64,000 nt of DNA from IMG/VR virus record IMGVR_UViG_3300046780_000733. One strand, 5' to 3'. This document shows positions 55,483-64,000 of the stretch, in pieces. The notes beneath the pieces were generated by a model that worked only from the letters and a program-made list of their open reading frames with translations, ran no database searches and was not told the DNA's origin. Position numbers and translations under genes: made by a program. Within the stretch, counting starts at the first letter, position 1, and every line of letters begins with the position of its first letter. The stretch is from a virus.

Positions 55483-57201
55483 TCAAGGCTTGACCATGTT
55501 CGCCTGGGGTGCCGGCATCGGAACTGCTTTAGGCCCCTGCGCTTGCTCTTTGGCGACACGAACCAATTCTTCGAGCAAGGCGATCACGTCCTTGCCCTCG
55601 CGTGCTTCATAGATTCCGACTTCTTTATTGAACTTGTTGGCTCTGCTGGCTTCGTCGGAGTTCCAGTATCCGACGGTCGCCGCGTTCATGGTCGCCCGCT
55701 GCATGTCCGGTGTCAGCTTGTCATATCCCTGGAACTGCTCTGGGTGATTCCTGAGCATCAACTCCTTGTAAAGTTCAAAACCAGGACCCTCTTTTTTCTC
55801 ATCCCATCCAGCCTGGAACATAGTGAATGGGAAATGGTTCATCAAAGAACCTTTCTCGATACTGGATCTCGGATCTCCGAGGACTCCGTATCCGCGAGCC
55901 GTGTATAACTCTTCGGCCCTTGTTCTCGCGGTCTCAGCGTGGAGCTGGAGAAGCCCCTTATTGCGAGCCTCGGCTGCGGCAGCCTCTCTGGCCTGGGACA
56001 TCGCCATCGAAGGGTCAGCCTCAAGCCACTTCGCCTGGAGACCGGCAACGGTATCCGGAGTGATTCCTTTCACGGCTTCCATGGCAGCCTGCCCTAAGCC
56101 TTTTTCTTCCGCCATAGCTATGGCATAGGTGCCGGCCGCACTCCGAATGTTACCCTTCATCTTGTTGCGCATGAAGTCGATCATCGTCTCGTTGGCCTCT
56201 CCTACTTTCCCTCCCTTTTGTTTCTTGAAATACTTCTGAAGTTTTACGAAGTCCTCGACGGGATTATCGCTCATGTTTATGCCTGCCTCCTTGAGAGTCT
56301 TGGCGACAGACTTCTTGCCGGTTTGGCGGGCGAATTCGACCGCATTCCTGGCGAAAACCTCGGCCTCCTGATCATTGTATTCGGAGACCTCTCGCAATAG
56401 AACTGCTGCGCGATCTGTTGCCGTATTGCCCTCTCCTCCGATTCGGCCTTCACTTCGGTCTACCTGGACCATTTCGTTGATGAACCTGGCACCAAGTTCC
56501 ATGTTGCGTTCGACGTCTCCTTTGCCTTCCGATGAGATCTGAAGAAACCTCTCGAATCCAGCATGTGCGGTCGCGCCGGCTTTGTTCCCGAATTGATTCC
56601 AGTTGGTGGCTCCGATGATCGCGCCACCAAGTTTGACGCCGGCCTTTCCCGGAATACCCATGCCCGCGACTGTTTTCCCGATCTTATCCCTGACGTATTT
56701 CCCTTGGGCCTCATTGATGAGCCCAGCCTTGCTCTTATTGCCGGGGTCTCCGATGTACTGGGACACGTCGCTGGCCCAGCGAGTTAAAAAATCGACGCCT
56801 TCTTTTCCTTCCAGTCCTGTGTCCTTCTGAAATTGTCCCGCCTCCTGGAACAACTTCATGCCTTTAGAGGGATCGGTAAAGCCGCCTGCGTTACGAACGT
56901 ACTCGCGAAGGCTCTTGCGGTACTCGTCTGCTTTTTGAGCATCCGTGCGACTCATATCCGCAAGTTCTTTGCGGAGCCGCATATGCTCCTGAAGTGCGGC
57001 TGTTGCGAGTCGCCATGCCTCGCGGACACCCTGGATGCCCACGAAATAGCTGGTCACCGTGTTGACAACGCCCTGCATAGCTTGGGCGACTTGAGTCGCA
57101 CCAAGTTTGACGCTCGCCTGAGCCTGATTGGCTGCGTTGGCGGCCTGCGTCAATTGCTGAGTGTTCACAATCAAAGAAATTTCGTAGCGCCTATTAGCCA
57201 T
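55483..57201 (-). CDS. Tail tape measure protein
   Basis: Ala/Gln-rich helical sequence following the frameshifted chaperone. Confidence 0.75.
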   Translation of the reverse strand: MANRRYEISLIVNTQQLTQAANAANQAQASVKLGATQVAQAMQGVVNTVTSYFVGIQGVREAWRLATAALQEHMRLRKELADMSRTDAQKADEYRKSLREYVRNAGGFTDPSKGMKLFQEAGQFQKDTGLEGKEGVDFLTRWASDVSQYIGDPGNKSKAGLINEAQGKYVRDKIGKTVAGMGIPGKAGVKLGGAIIGATNWNQFGNKAGATAHAGFERFLQISSEGKGDVERNMELGARFINEMVQVDRSEGRIGGEGNTATDRAAVLLREVSEYNDQEAEVFARNAVEFARQTGKKSVAKTLKEAGINMSDNPVEDFVKLQKYFKKQKGGKVGEANETMIDFMRNKMKGNIRSAAGTYAIAMAEEKGLGQAAMEAVKGITPDTVAGLQAKWLEADPSMAMSQAREAAAAEARNKGLLQLHAETARTRAEELYTARGYGVLGDPRSSIEKGSLMNHFPFTMFQAGWDEKKEGPGFELYKELMLRNHPEQFQGYDKLTPDMQRATMNAATVGYWNSDEASRANKFNKEVGIYEAREGKDVIALLEELVRVAKEQAQGPKAVPMPAPQANMVKP

Positions 57202-57261
57202 TACGCTGCCTTCTCAATATTTCATTCGACTGCGCATGCAACAGCCGATATCGAAGACTCA

Positions 57262-57899
57262 TCAGCCGATCATGCTGATCTTCTCTCGCTGCCGTTCTCG
57301 CTTGTAATCGGCGATGACTCCGGTATCATCCTCGGCCCAGTCAACCAGCGGGACAACACCGGTGGCAGCAAATGCGACCGCCGTGAAGTAGTCGCTCATC
57401 AGCATGCCGTCTCCGAAACTCAGGAGGCCGACAGCGTAGGAGACTGCTCGTCGCCATCGGCCGAAGTTTTTGGGGCATCGCCAGCGACGATCCTGGTGAC
57501 CGCCTCCCTGATCCCGTTGGCCACGGGATCTCGCTCGGCATCATGGCTGACCTGGAAGATCCGCCTGAGATGCTCCATGTCGAGCGTGTAGTTGCGCTCT
57601 AGCATCATGCGGCCGAGTTTGATCTCGGTCGCGGCGTAGCGGTACGTGCAGTTCTTCTGGAATTCGTCCTTGTCCATGAACTGCATCGACTGGAGTTCAA
57701 TGACGAGGTCGTTGAACGTTCCGTCGTCATCCAGGGATAGAAAGACCTCGAATCCGACGTCACTGTCCGCTGGGACAAGGCGAACCCTGGGCTCAGCCAG
57801 AAACCATTCCTGCCCATCGATCATCCTGACCGGAATCCCTCCGACGAAGTCAGACCTCCTGAATTCCGATTCTGATGTCCCCGTGAATTCCTCGCTCAT
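57262..57899 (-). CDS. Tail assembly chaperone (57420-57899) with -1 frameshift extension to 57262
   Basis: In-frame slippery C CCA AAA at 57468-57474; -1 frame open to TGA at 57262-57264. Confidence 0.75.
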
Positions 57900-57915
57900 C
57901 GTTGGTTCCTCATTG

Positions 57916-58134
57916 TCACCTGGAAAGATCGTTGACCTTGTTCAATGCCCTGGACAGCGACGTATAGGCCTGGTCCATCTCTGCCTTGCTGGGCTTCTTC
58001 TTGCTTTTCTCTACGAGCCCAATGACGCCGTGGATCGCGGTCACGACGGCGCCAAGGGCACTGACGGGATTACGGGTGATCGCGGCCCACAACAGCTTGT
58101 GGGCGAGCGGAACAAGGATCATCATGGTGCCCAT
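57916..58134 (-). CDS. Small holin-like membrane protein
   Basis: Hydrophobic N-half, basic C-terminus; next to the peptidase. Confidence 0.45.
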   Translation of the reverse strand: MGTMMILVPLAHKLLWAAITRNPVSALGAVVTAIHGVIGLVEKSKKKPSKAEMDQAYTSLSRALNKVNDLSR

Positions 58135-58142
58135 CGTTGTCC

Positions 58143-59057
58143 TCAGAGTGAAGGGAAAGCGCCACCGTCGAGCTTCCACGACTTGGGGATGTCGCGTTTC
58201 TTGAAGTAGGGTGTCGAGGAGAGCGCGTAGGCCTCGCCCATGGCGAACCACGCGTTCGCTTGCTTCTGCGTGATCCAGTAGCCCTGCTGGGGCATGTCCA
58301 TGGGCCTGGGTCCGCTGTACGCGGACTCCGGCCAAGAGTTGAACACCAGGAGCCCGGGCTTGTCCAGGCGAGCCGCCAGGATGGCCTGACAGTGGCCTCC
58401 GCGGCCGAACCCCTGGATGAACCCGTCCTGGTCGCGCTCTCCCTTTCCCCAGACGCCGCAGCACTCCAGGATCGGGTATCCGTTCTTGAGCGCCGCCACG
58501 GCATCGTCGAAGTTCTTGACCGCCGCGTACGAACCGATCTTGTAGTCGGCGGCCATCGCCTTGTACTTGGCCGGTGGACCAGTCATCCCCCACTGCTTCG
58601 CCCTGGCACCGCTGTACTTGCCGTCGGTGCCGAGCATCTCGCGGCTCACCATCCCGATCTGAGTCGCGGCCTTGACCACGGCACCACCGTATGATCCATC
58701 GGAGGGACCGAGGATGCCCGCAACCTCCCGGCTCGCCCCGTACATGAACTCGGTGTCGGTCTCGCGGAACTCTCCGGAGCCGTCGAGTGCGATCTCGATG
58801 CACTGACGACAGTCATTCGCATGCGAGAATCCGTGCGAAACACAATCGCCGATCTCCTGGGCCACGTACGGCGTATCCTGCGTGCCCCACACCTCGTACA
58901 TGGCCTTGTAGAGGAGGTAGAACTGATCGTCTCCCCTGCTCCCGTAGTAGAGATCAGAGGCGACGTCGGAGAAGTCGGGGACGCCCTGGACGAGATGCTG
59001 TTGGACAGCGTCGATGCCTCGCCAGCCAAGCAGTTTCTGGATCTGTTCGTCGGTCAT
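58143..59057 (-). CDS. Papain-like (C1) cysteine peptidase
   Basis: QEIGDCVSHG, GGHC, NSW catalytic motifs. Confidence 0.8.
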   Translation of the reverse strand: MTDEQIQKLLGWRGIDAVQQHLVQGVPDFSDVASDLYYGSRGDDQFYLLYKAMYEVWGTQDTPYVAQEIGDCVSHGFSHANDCRQCIEIALDGSGEFRETDTEFMYGASREVAGILGPSDGSYGGAVVKAATQIGMVSREMLGTDGKYSGARAKQWGMTGPPAKYKAMAADYKIGSYAAVKNFDDAVAALKNGYPILECCGVWGKGERDQDGFIQGFGRGGHCQAILAARLDKPGLLVFNSWPESAYSGPRPMDMPQQGYWITQKQANAWFAMGEAYALSSTPYFKKRDIPKSWKLDGGAFPSL

Positions 59058-59557
59058 TTCGCGGCTCCCGAGGCGAGGCCTTCGCTGAGATCACCGAACG
59101 CCTTCGCCACCGCAGCCTTCTCAGCGTCTCCGTAGTTCTTGGGGTCACCGGCGATCTTGGCGATCTCTGGCTTGATTATGCTGTCATACTTGGGCTTGAG
59201 CGCGTTGCCCCACGACTTCGATACCACATTCAGCGCGTCGTCCGGATTCTTGCCCGCGATGATCGCGATCTGCCCTGACTTCCAGCCGGCAGCGCAGCTC
59301 GTCGCGAGCACACCCTGGTAGGACTGGCCGATCCTGAAGAACACCGACTTCTCGGGGGCCGGATTGGGAGCCGGAGGCGTGGGGTCGATCGGGGGCGGCG
59401 CGGGCTTGTCGGGCTCTGGCTTGACAGGATCGACGTGAGGCGTTGGGGTGACTGGTTGCGGTCCTACGCTGTGCTCTCCGTACCTGACACCCGCTATCCC
59501 TACGAGCACAATCGCCTGGAGCCACGCTACCGCGAACCAGGAGTTTCGGCTGTTCAC
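59054..59557 (-). CDS. Membrane-anchored protein with Pro-rich linker
   Basis: N-terminal TM, PxP linker, helical C-domain. Confidence 0.65.
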   Translation of the reverse strand: MNSRNSWFAVAWLQAIVLVGIAGVRYGEHSVGPQPVTPTPHVDPVKPEPDKPAPPPIDPTPPAPNPAPEKSVFFRIGQSYQGVLATSCAAGWKSGQIAIIAGKNPDDALNVVSKSWGNALKPKYDSIIKPEIAKIAGDPKNYGDAEKAAVAKAFGDLSEGLASGAAK

Positions 59558-59913
59558 TCTGCGGTCTCCAGCAGCTTGAGGTAGCCGAGGAGCACGAACC
59601 CGTGTCCTTCGATCTGACTCTCGGTGGCCTGCGCGCCCTTCTTCCACCCAGGCGTCTCCGTGGTCTTCTCGGCCACGAACCAGTCGTGGCGACGCTGGCC
59701 CTCCTGGGGCGTGTTCTTGGGGAACAAGAACGTGTGATCGAGGTTCGACGTGAGCAGACTCTTCTGAAGCGGGATCACCCCGCGGGATTCCACGCGGTCG
59801 CCGCCCAGAAGCTCCACAAACATTGCCCTCCGCGCCGAATGGTTTCCGTCGTCGGCGCGGGGGAAATGGCGATCGACAAGCACGGCGTCCGGTCGTCCGG
59901 CTGGTGCATCCAT
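59554..59913 (-). CDS. Hypothetical protein
   Basis: AAGGAG RBS; coupled. Confidence 0.55.
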   Translation of the reverse strand: MDAPAGRPDAVLVDRHFPRADDGNHSARRAMFVELLGGDRVESRGVIPLQKSLLTSNLDHTFLFPKNTPQEGQRRHDWFVAEKTTETPGWKKGAQATESQIEGHGFVLLGYLKLLETAE

Positions 59914-59929
59914 CAGAATCTCCTTCAGA

Positions 59930-60373
59930 TTAGACCGAGGCAATCGACAGCGGAGACGTGACGCCGTCGGTGGAGAACGAGCAAAAGTGCAGGCTCTTGT
60001 GGGCGAGCTGCCGGTGAGCACCGGACCCCTGGTCTTCCATGATCGAGGCGTTGGTCAATGTCAGCGAGACCGCACCGCCTCCGGTGAGTGCTCCGTTGAA
60101 CGAATCGCGTACAACGCCGAACAACGTGCCGATGACGCTCGGGTCAACGAGCACCAGAGAGAATGCGTTCAACGTGCTGAGCGTGATCACCGGATCTTGG
60201 TGATCGCAGACGTTGATCGTGGTGAATACGTCGTAGTCCGCAGAGTCGCGGACGCGACTGATCCCCTTGTTAAGGTTCCAGTCTTTTACCTTGATGATCG
60301 GGATGGCGGAACTGCCGCTTGGAGTGAACTGCCAACCCGACGAGTTCATGAACGAATTGGTTGGAGTAGGCAT
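59930..60373 (-). CDS. Putative tail tube protein
   Basis: ~147-aa beta-rich protein upstream of chaperone and tape measure. Confidence 0.6.
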   Translation of the reverse strand: MPTPTNSFMNSSGWQFTPSGSSAIPIIKVKDWNLNKGISRVRDSADYDVFTTINVCDHQDPVITLSTLNAFSLVLVDPSVIGTLFGVVRDSFNGALTGGGAVSLTLTNASIMEDQGSGAHRQLAHKSLHFCSFSTDGVTSPLSIASV

Positions 60374-60387
60374 TGAGCCCCCCTGTG

Positions 60388-61614
60388 TCAGATTGCAGAA
60401 ATCGTGAAGTTGTCGGGTGGCGCGGGGCCGGTACCGTCGATCGTCGCCGACACGACCTCGGTGTTCGGATCTTCGGCCACGGCGTTGTAAGCGCGGACAC
60501 CAAACTGATACGTAAGGTCTGCGGTCAGGCCGCTGATGGTCGCCGAGTAACTCCCGCTCCCGACGTAACCAACGTTGGTCACCGGGGCCAGGTAATTGAT
60601 CAACGGCGTCCCTGCATAGACGTTGAATTTGGTAGGAGGAGACGAACCCTGTCTGGGCACGAACATCCACTGGACGCGGATCACTCCGCCCTTGACCTGG
60701 AATACCGCGATCTTGGTGGGGGAACTCGGCCGCCCCGTGATGTCGGTGCCGTTGGCGTCGATGACGATACGCAGCCTGGCGTCGAGGTTCTTCTCTTCCT
60801 CTACGGTCTCTACGTCTTCGGCACGCACGTGAAACGACCAGTCGCACGGACCAACCAAGGGCGGCGGCGTGTAGAAGAGGAGATTCGTCGTGAATACCGG
60901 GGCAAGATAACTGACGTGGTCCCCGATGCCCGTGTTAGTGTAGACGTTGTAGATGAGGTTTGTGCCGCGGTCTCCAGCACCGTACCTGATACCACCGGTC
61001 GCGGCGATCCGCCATGAATTATTGGGGGCAGCGTGTCCGCCAAGCCTGATTCCTCCGCTGGCATTACTGGACACCCCGCTGGCTCGTGCCGACTTGCCGC
61101 CTAACTGGATTCCCCCGGAGTGGTCCGGATGAAATGCAGTCAGCGGAGACGGCTGGCCTCCAAGGGCCATTCCGCCGATCCCGAAGATCGTCGCGCCGCC
61201 ACCCGCAATGAGTTTGGCTTGGCCACCCAAACCAATGCCGCCCGAGGCGACCGTGGAACGCGTCAGCAGCGTCTGGACGCGTCCACCGAAGGATACGCCC
61301 CCGGAGGCACTGCGTGCCACACGGACGCCCACAGAGCCCTGGGTAGAGCCGCCCAGGCTCAATCCTCCAGTCTCGGCAGGACGAGCACTATCGGAGGGTG
61401 TGGCGTGGCCACCCAGGCCCATGCCGCCAGCCCCGGACTGGGCGACGGTATTGGCTGCGGAGTGACCCCCGAACGACATGCCGCCGGTCGCAGACGGATT
61501 GGCCGCGTAATGAACGACCGACGCGGAACCGCCGAACCCTGTGCCACCGTGACCGATAGGACCACTTAGGCTGACTGGCCCAAACCATGTTCCGGTCCAG
61601 GTAGTTCGTGGCAT
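60388..61614 (-). CDS. Virion protein with GGxxLGG repeats and FnIII-like domains
   Basis: About a dozen GG(M/I/L/V)x(L/F/Y)GG units; FNVY, YQFGVRAYN. Confidence 0.75.
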   Translation of the reverse strand: MPRTTWTGTWFGPVSLSGPIGHGGTGFGGSASVVHYAANPSATGGMSFGGHSAANTVAQSGAGGMGLGGHATPSDSARPAETGGLSLGGSTQGSVGVRVARSASGGVSFGGRVQTLLTRSTVASGGIGLGGQAKLIAGGGATIFGIGGMALGGQPSPLTAFHPDHSGGIQLGGKSARASGVSSNASGGIRLGGHAAPNNSWRIAATGGIRYGAGDRGTNLIYNVYTNTGIGDHVSYLAPVFTTNLLFYTPPPLVGPCDWSFHVRAEDVETVEEEKNLDARLRIVIDANGTDITGRPSSPTKIAVFQVKGGVIRVQWMFVPRQGSSPPTKFNVYAGTPLINYLAPVTNVGYVGSGSYSATISGLTADLTYQFGVRAYNAVAEDPNTEVVSATIDGTGPAPPDNFTISAI

Positions 61615-61623
61615 GGTTTGGGA

Positions 61624-63504
61624 TTAAGCGATCGGAAAGAGTGCTATGCCGGTTCGGTTCCCAAGTTCGTCTACGGTCCCCGAGGCACGAACCGTTGCCT
61701 GGTCCGGCGCCTTGTACACAGGAGAACTTGTGCCCGAGGATACGAAGCCGGACGCCAGGCCACTCATGATCGCGAGAATCTCCCCCAGTGCCTGGATGTC
61801 ATTCATCCCGCTGTTGAGCACGGAACTTGGAGGTTCGACACCGCGGGGCTGGATAGCCTCGGCCACGATATGCCCAGCTCCATCGTCCCACTCGATCGAT
61901 ACCCCGCCAGAAAACGGAATCTGGACAATCGCGCCGTAGCCGATACGACCAACAGCGATAACTCCGGCGGTCGTCCTCGGGGTGATCACGGTCCCATCCG
62001 AGATCAGCGACACGGTGTACCCGACGGTCCCCACGAGGCCCGATGCGAAATTGTAGACGATGCTCGGGAATCCCCACGTAGTAGGTGGGGCCGAAATCGC
62101 AACACTGGCCGTTGCCGAGGTTGTCGAATCTGTAAATGTCCCGGCGCCTGTTGCAGATCCCGTGGTGAAACTGAACGTCGCCTGCGTGTCGCTGATGACC
62201 GTGACTGCACCTTCAAAGGTGCCGGCGACGCCCAGGAACGAGAACGTAGGTGCCCCGGAGTTCCACGTGGTTCCTCCTCCGGTCGCGGTTACGGTCGCGG
62301 TGGTATTGGTGACGAAATTCGTCGGCGACACAGATAAGGTTTGCGCCAACGATGTGTACGTGTTGACGGATGGATCGGTGAGGCCACCGCTGTTGGTCCA
62401 CGTGATCGTCACGGTGCCGACGGCGGTTGGGGTCCAGTTGAAATTCTGCGGAGCAGAAGAACTCGACCACGTATGCGTGATCGCGTCGGCACCCGAGAGT
62501 CCCCCTCCGGATGGTGTCCCGGTGATGGTCCCGCTGTATGTCCCGTTGGGCGCCACCGCGAAGTTGCCGCTCAATCTGTGAACGAACCCAGACGGTGGAG
62601 ACGGTGGTGTCACCGCGTAAGTGGTCACAGTGGTGTTGACGGTGACCGTCGAAGTCGCCGTCTGGGTCGTGTCTCGTTTCCCCGTCGCGGTGATCGTCGA
62701 TGTTCCGGCGGAAACCGAGGTCACCAGCCCTGTGCTGTTGACAGTCGCTACGGACGTGTTGGTCGATGACCAGGTGACGCCAAAGAGCGGGTCGGTGAAT
62801 CCGCCGGCCGTGAGTTGCTGGCCGGTTCCGACGCCGTTGATCGTGAAAGAGGTCAGGTCGATAGATGGTACGGCCGGTCCATAGATGATGTCGTCAATAA
62901 AATACCCGACGCCATCGCCAACCCGCATCCCGAATCCGCCAGCCGCCGGAGTCATCGTCGCGGTGCCAGTCTGGGTCTGAGGGCTGGAGGACCATGATCC
63001 GCTTCCCGTGTTGACGAAGAACTGGCCCGTGTCCTGCCTGATGACGCGCGCCGAGATCGCGGTGCCGTTGCAACGCAGCTCGCAGCACAGCCAGACCCCA
63101 ACGGGAGGCGTAACGCCCGAAATCGGAGTGTTCAGGGTGCTCACCGTGCCGGCGTTGCTCTGAATGATCGCGATGCCGTTCGAGGCCGAGAACGTAAGCC
63201 GCTGGAAACTGGTGGGGGCGATGCTAAGTGGAGACTGACGAGCCTGGACGTCCGTGACTTCGAGCGTCTGGCCAAAATTCACATAGGCCGTGAGCGTGAC
63301 GTTGCCAGACAGCGTGTCATTGGCATTACTGACGATGTTGTGGTTGCTTCCGCCCGGTGTGAGCGACAGCGAGTGCGTGCCCGTGAAGGCATGGCTCCCG
63401 CTGCTGTCGATCGTGAACATGGAGTCGCTGTCAACCAACTCCGGACACGCGGTCGCGAGGGTTGTGCCACCCTCGAAATCCTGTCGGTAGGTCGGGTAAG
63501 ACAT
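61624..63504 (-). CDS. Ig-like (Big_2) domain virion protein
   Basis: VTWSSTNTSVATVNSTGLVTSVSAGTSTITAT. Confidence 0.8.
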   Translation of the reverse strand: MSYPTYRQDFEGGTTLATACPELVDSDSMFTIDSSGSHAFTGTHSLSLTPGGSNHNIVSNANDTLSGNVTLTAYVNFGQTLEVTDVQARQSPLSIAPTSFQRLTFSASNGIAIIQSNAGTVSTLNTPISGVTPPVGVWLCCELRCNGTAISARVIRQDTGQFFVNTGSGSWSSSPQTQTGTATMTPAAGGFGMRVGDGVGYFIDDIIYGPAVPSIDLTSFTINGVGTGQQLTAGGFTDPLFGVTWSSTNTSVATVNSTGLVTSVSAGTSTITATGKRDTTQTATSTVTVNTTVTTYAVTPPSPPSGFVHRLSGNFAVAPNGTYSGTITGTPSGGGLSGADAITHTWSSSSAPQNFNWTPTAVGTVTITWTNSGGLTDPSVNTYTSLAQTLSVSPTNFVTNTTATVTATGGGTTWNSGAPTFSFLGVAGTFEGAVTVISDTQATFSFTTGSATGAGTFTDSTTSATASVAISAPPTTWGFPSIVYNFASGLVGTVGYTVSLISDGTVITPRTTAGVIAVGRIGYGAIVQIPFSGGVSIEWDDGAGHIVAEAIQPRGVEPPSSVLNSGMNDIQALGEILAIMSGLASGFVSSGTSSPVYKAPDQATVRASGTVDELGNRTGIALFPIA

Positions 63505-63506
63505 GA

Positions 63507-63651
63507 TCAAAGGCTCCCTTCTGAATTGACAAGGTGACAAGGTGACCGGGTGACAAGGTGAGGGGCCTGTATTTGGTCACCTTGTCACCCTGTCAAGCGA
63601 ACGCAGTGAGTCCCGGCGCGCCGGGATCACCTTGTCAGTTCAAAGGCTCCC
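63507..63651. mobile_element. Miniature repeat element (8-bp TGACAAGG arrays) flanked by a 12-bp direct repeat
   Basis: TCAAAGGCTCCC at 63507-63518 and 63640-63651; internal tandem and inverted TGACAAGG units. Confidence 0.55.
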
Positions 63652-64000
63652 GTAAAGCGGCAGGTAGCCGAGTAGCGTGCCCGAGTCGTTGTAAATCGCG
63701 ATCTTGCCCACGACGTTCGTCGGGGTCGCGGTGGTGGAAGCCGCGTAGCCGCCGTTCGCGAAGCTGACCTTGCCTCGCAGGGTCATGACACCGTTTGAGG
63801 GCCGCGAGATGCTCGCACGGTTGGCATCGCCCGTGTCGAGACCAAACACCAGCCCGCCGCCCTCGCCGACCCCCTCGGAGATAAACGAGCCCAGCCGCGC
63901 TACCGACGTGCCCGCATTCTTCGCTTTGACGACGACTCCACGCCCTACCTGACCCTGGTCGCCGCCCCATGCTTGGTTCCCGGTCGGAGGTCCCCACACC
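63640..64000 (-). CDS. 3' end of a tail fiber-like protein
   Basis: Open frame from window edge ending GTLLGYLPLYGSL. Confidence 0.65.
   Translation of the reverse strand, partial: VWGPPTGNQAWGGDQGQVGRGVVVKAKNAGTSVARLGSFISEGVGEGGGLVFGLDTGDANRASISRPSNGVMTLRGKVSFANGGYAASTTATPTNVVGKIAIYNDSGTLLGYLPLYGSL

Noticed and set aside
39000-63500. Many long + strand ORFs (e.g. 40394-41386, 49896-51173)
   Set aside because: Antisense shadows of GC-rich genes; no motifs or RBS.
1-64000. CRISPR array, rRNA, integrase, reverse transcriptase/DGR, terminase or capsid
   Set aside because: No repeat-spacer array or recognisable motifs seen by eye; head genes probably lie beyond the window.

Overview
This window is part of a GC-rich tailed-phage genome. 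It is probably temperate or plasmid-like: parA, parB and an XRE repressor-like gene are present, and no integrase is seen. RimI and HTH/receiver genes resembling planctomycete ones point to a Planctomycetota host (recalled similarity, not searched). Layout: (1) ~0.4-2.8 kb, + strand operon with a metallophosphoesterase and DHFR. (2) 2.8-13 kb, - strand accessory block with three glycosyltransferases, two SAM methyltransferases, a NUDIX-like protein, a tiny Lys/Gly-rich protein and an unannotated ~225-nt tRNA-shaped RNA coupled to a terminator. (3) 13-17.4 kb, + strand operon with SWIM protein, DNA methyltransferase, HTH regulator and RimI. (4) 17.5-37.7 kb, - strand partition, nucleotide, transcription and replication genes: ParAB, DUF5664, EndoVII, HNHs, two sigma-70s, RuvC-like, HD, GIY-YIG, CsrA, radical SAM, two hyper-acidic peptides, helicase, prim-pol, Rad52. 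(5) XRE repressor-like ORF lacking an in-frame canonical start. (6) 39-64 kb, - strand virion tail module with Cys-rich and Gly-repeat proteins, tape measure, a frameshifted chaperone and a papain-like peptidase cassette. Most notable: the tRNA-like RNA and terminator switch, a 27-bp operator shared by 3-4 promoters, cassettes bracketed by exact duplications of RBS/start junctions, and a glycosylation/methylation module. All family calls come from motif recognition, not database searches.
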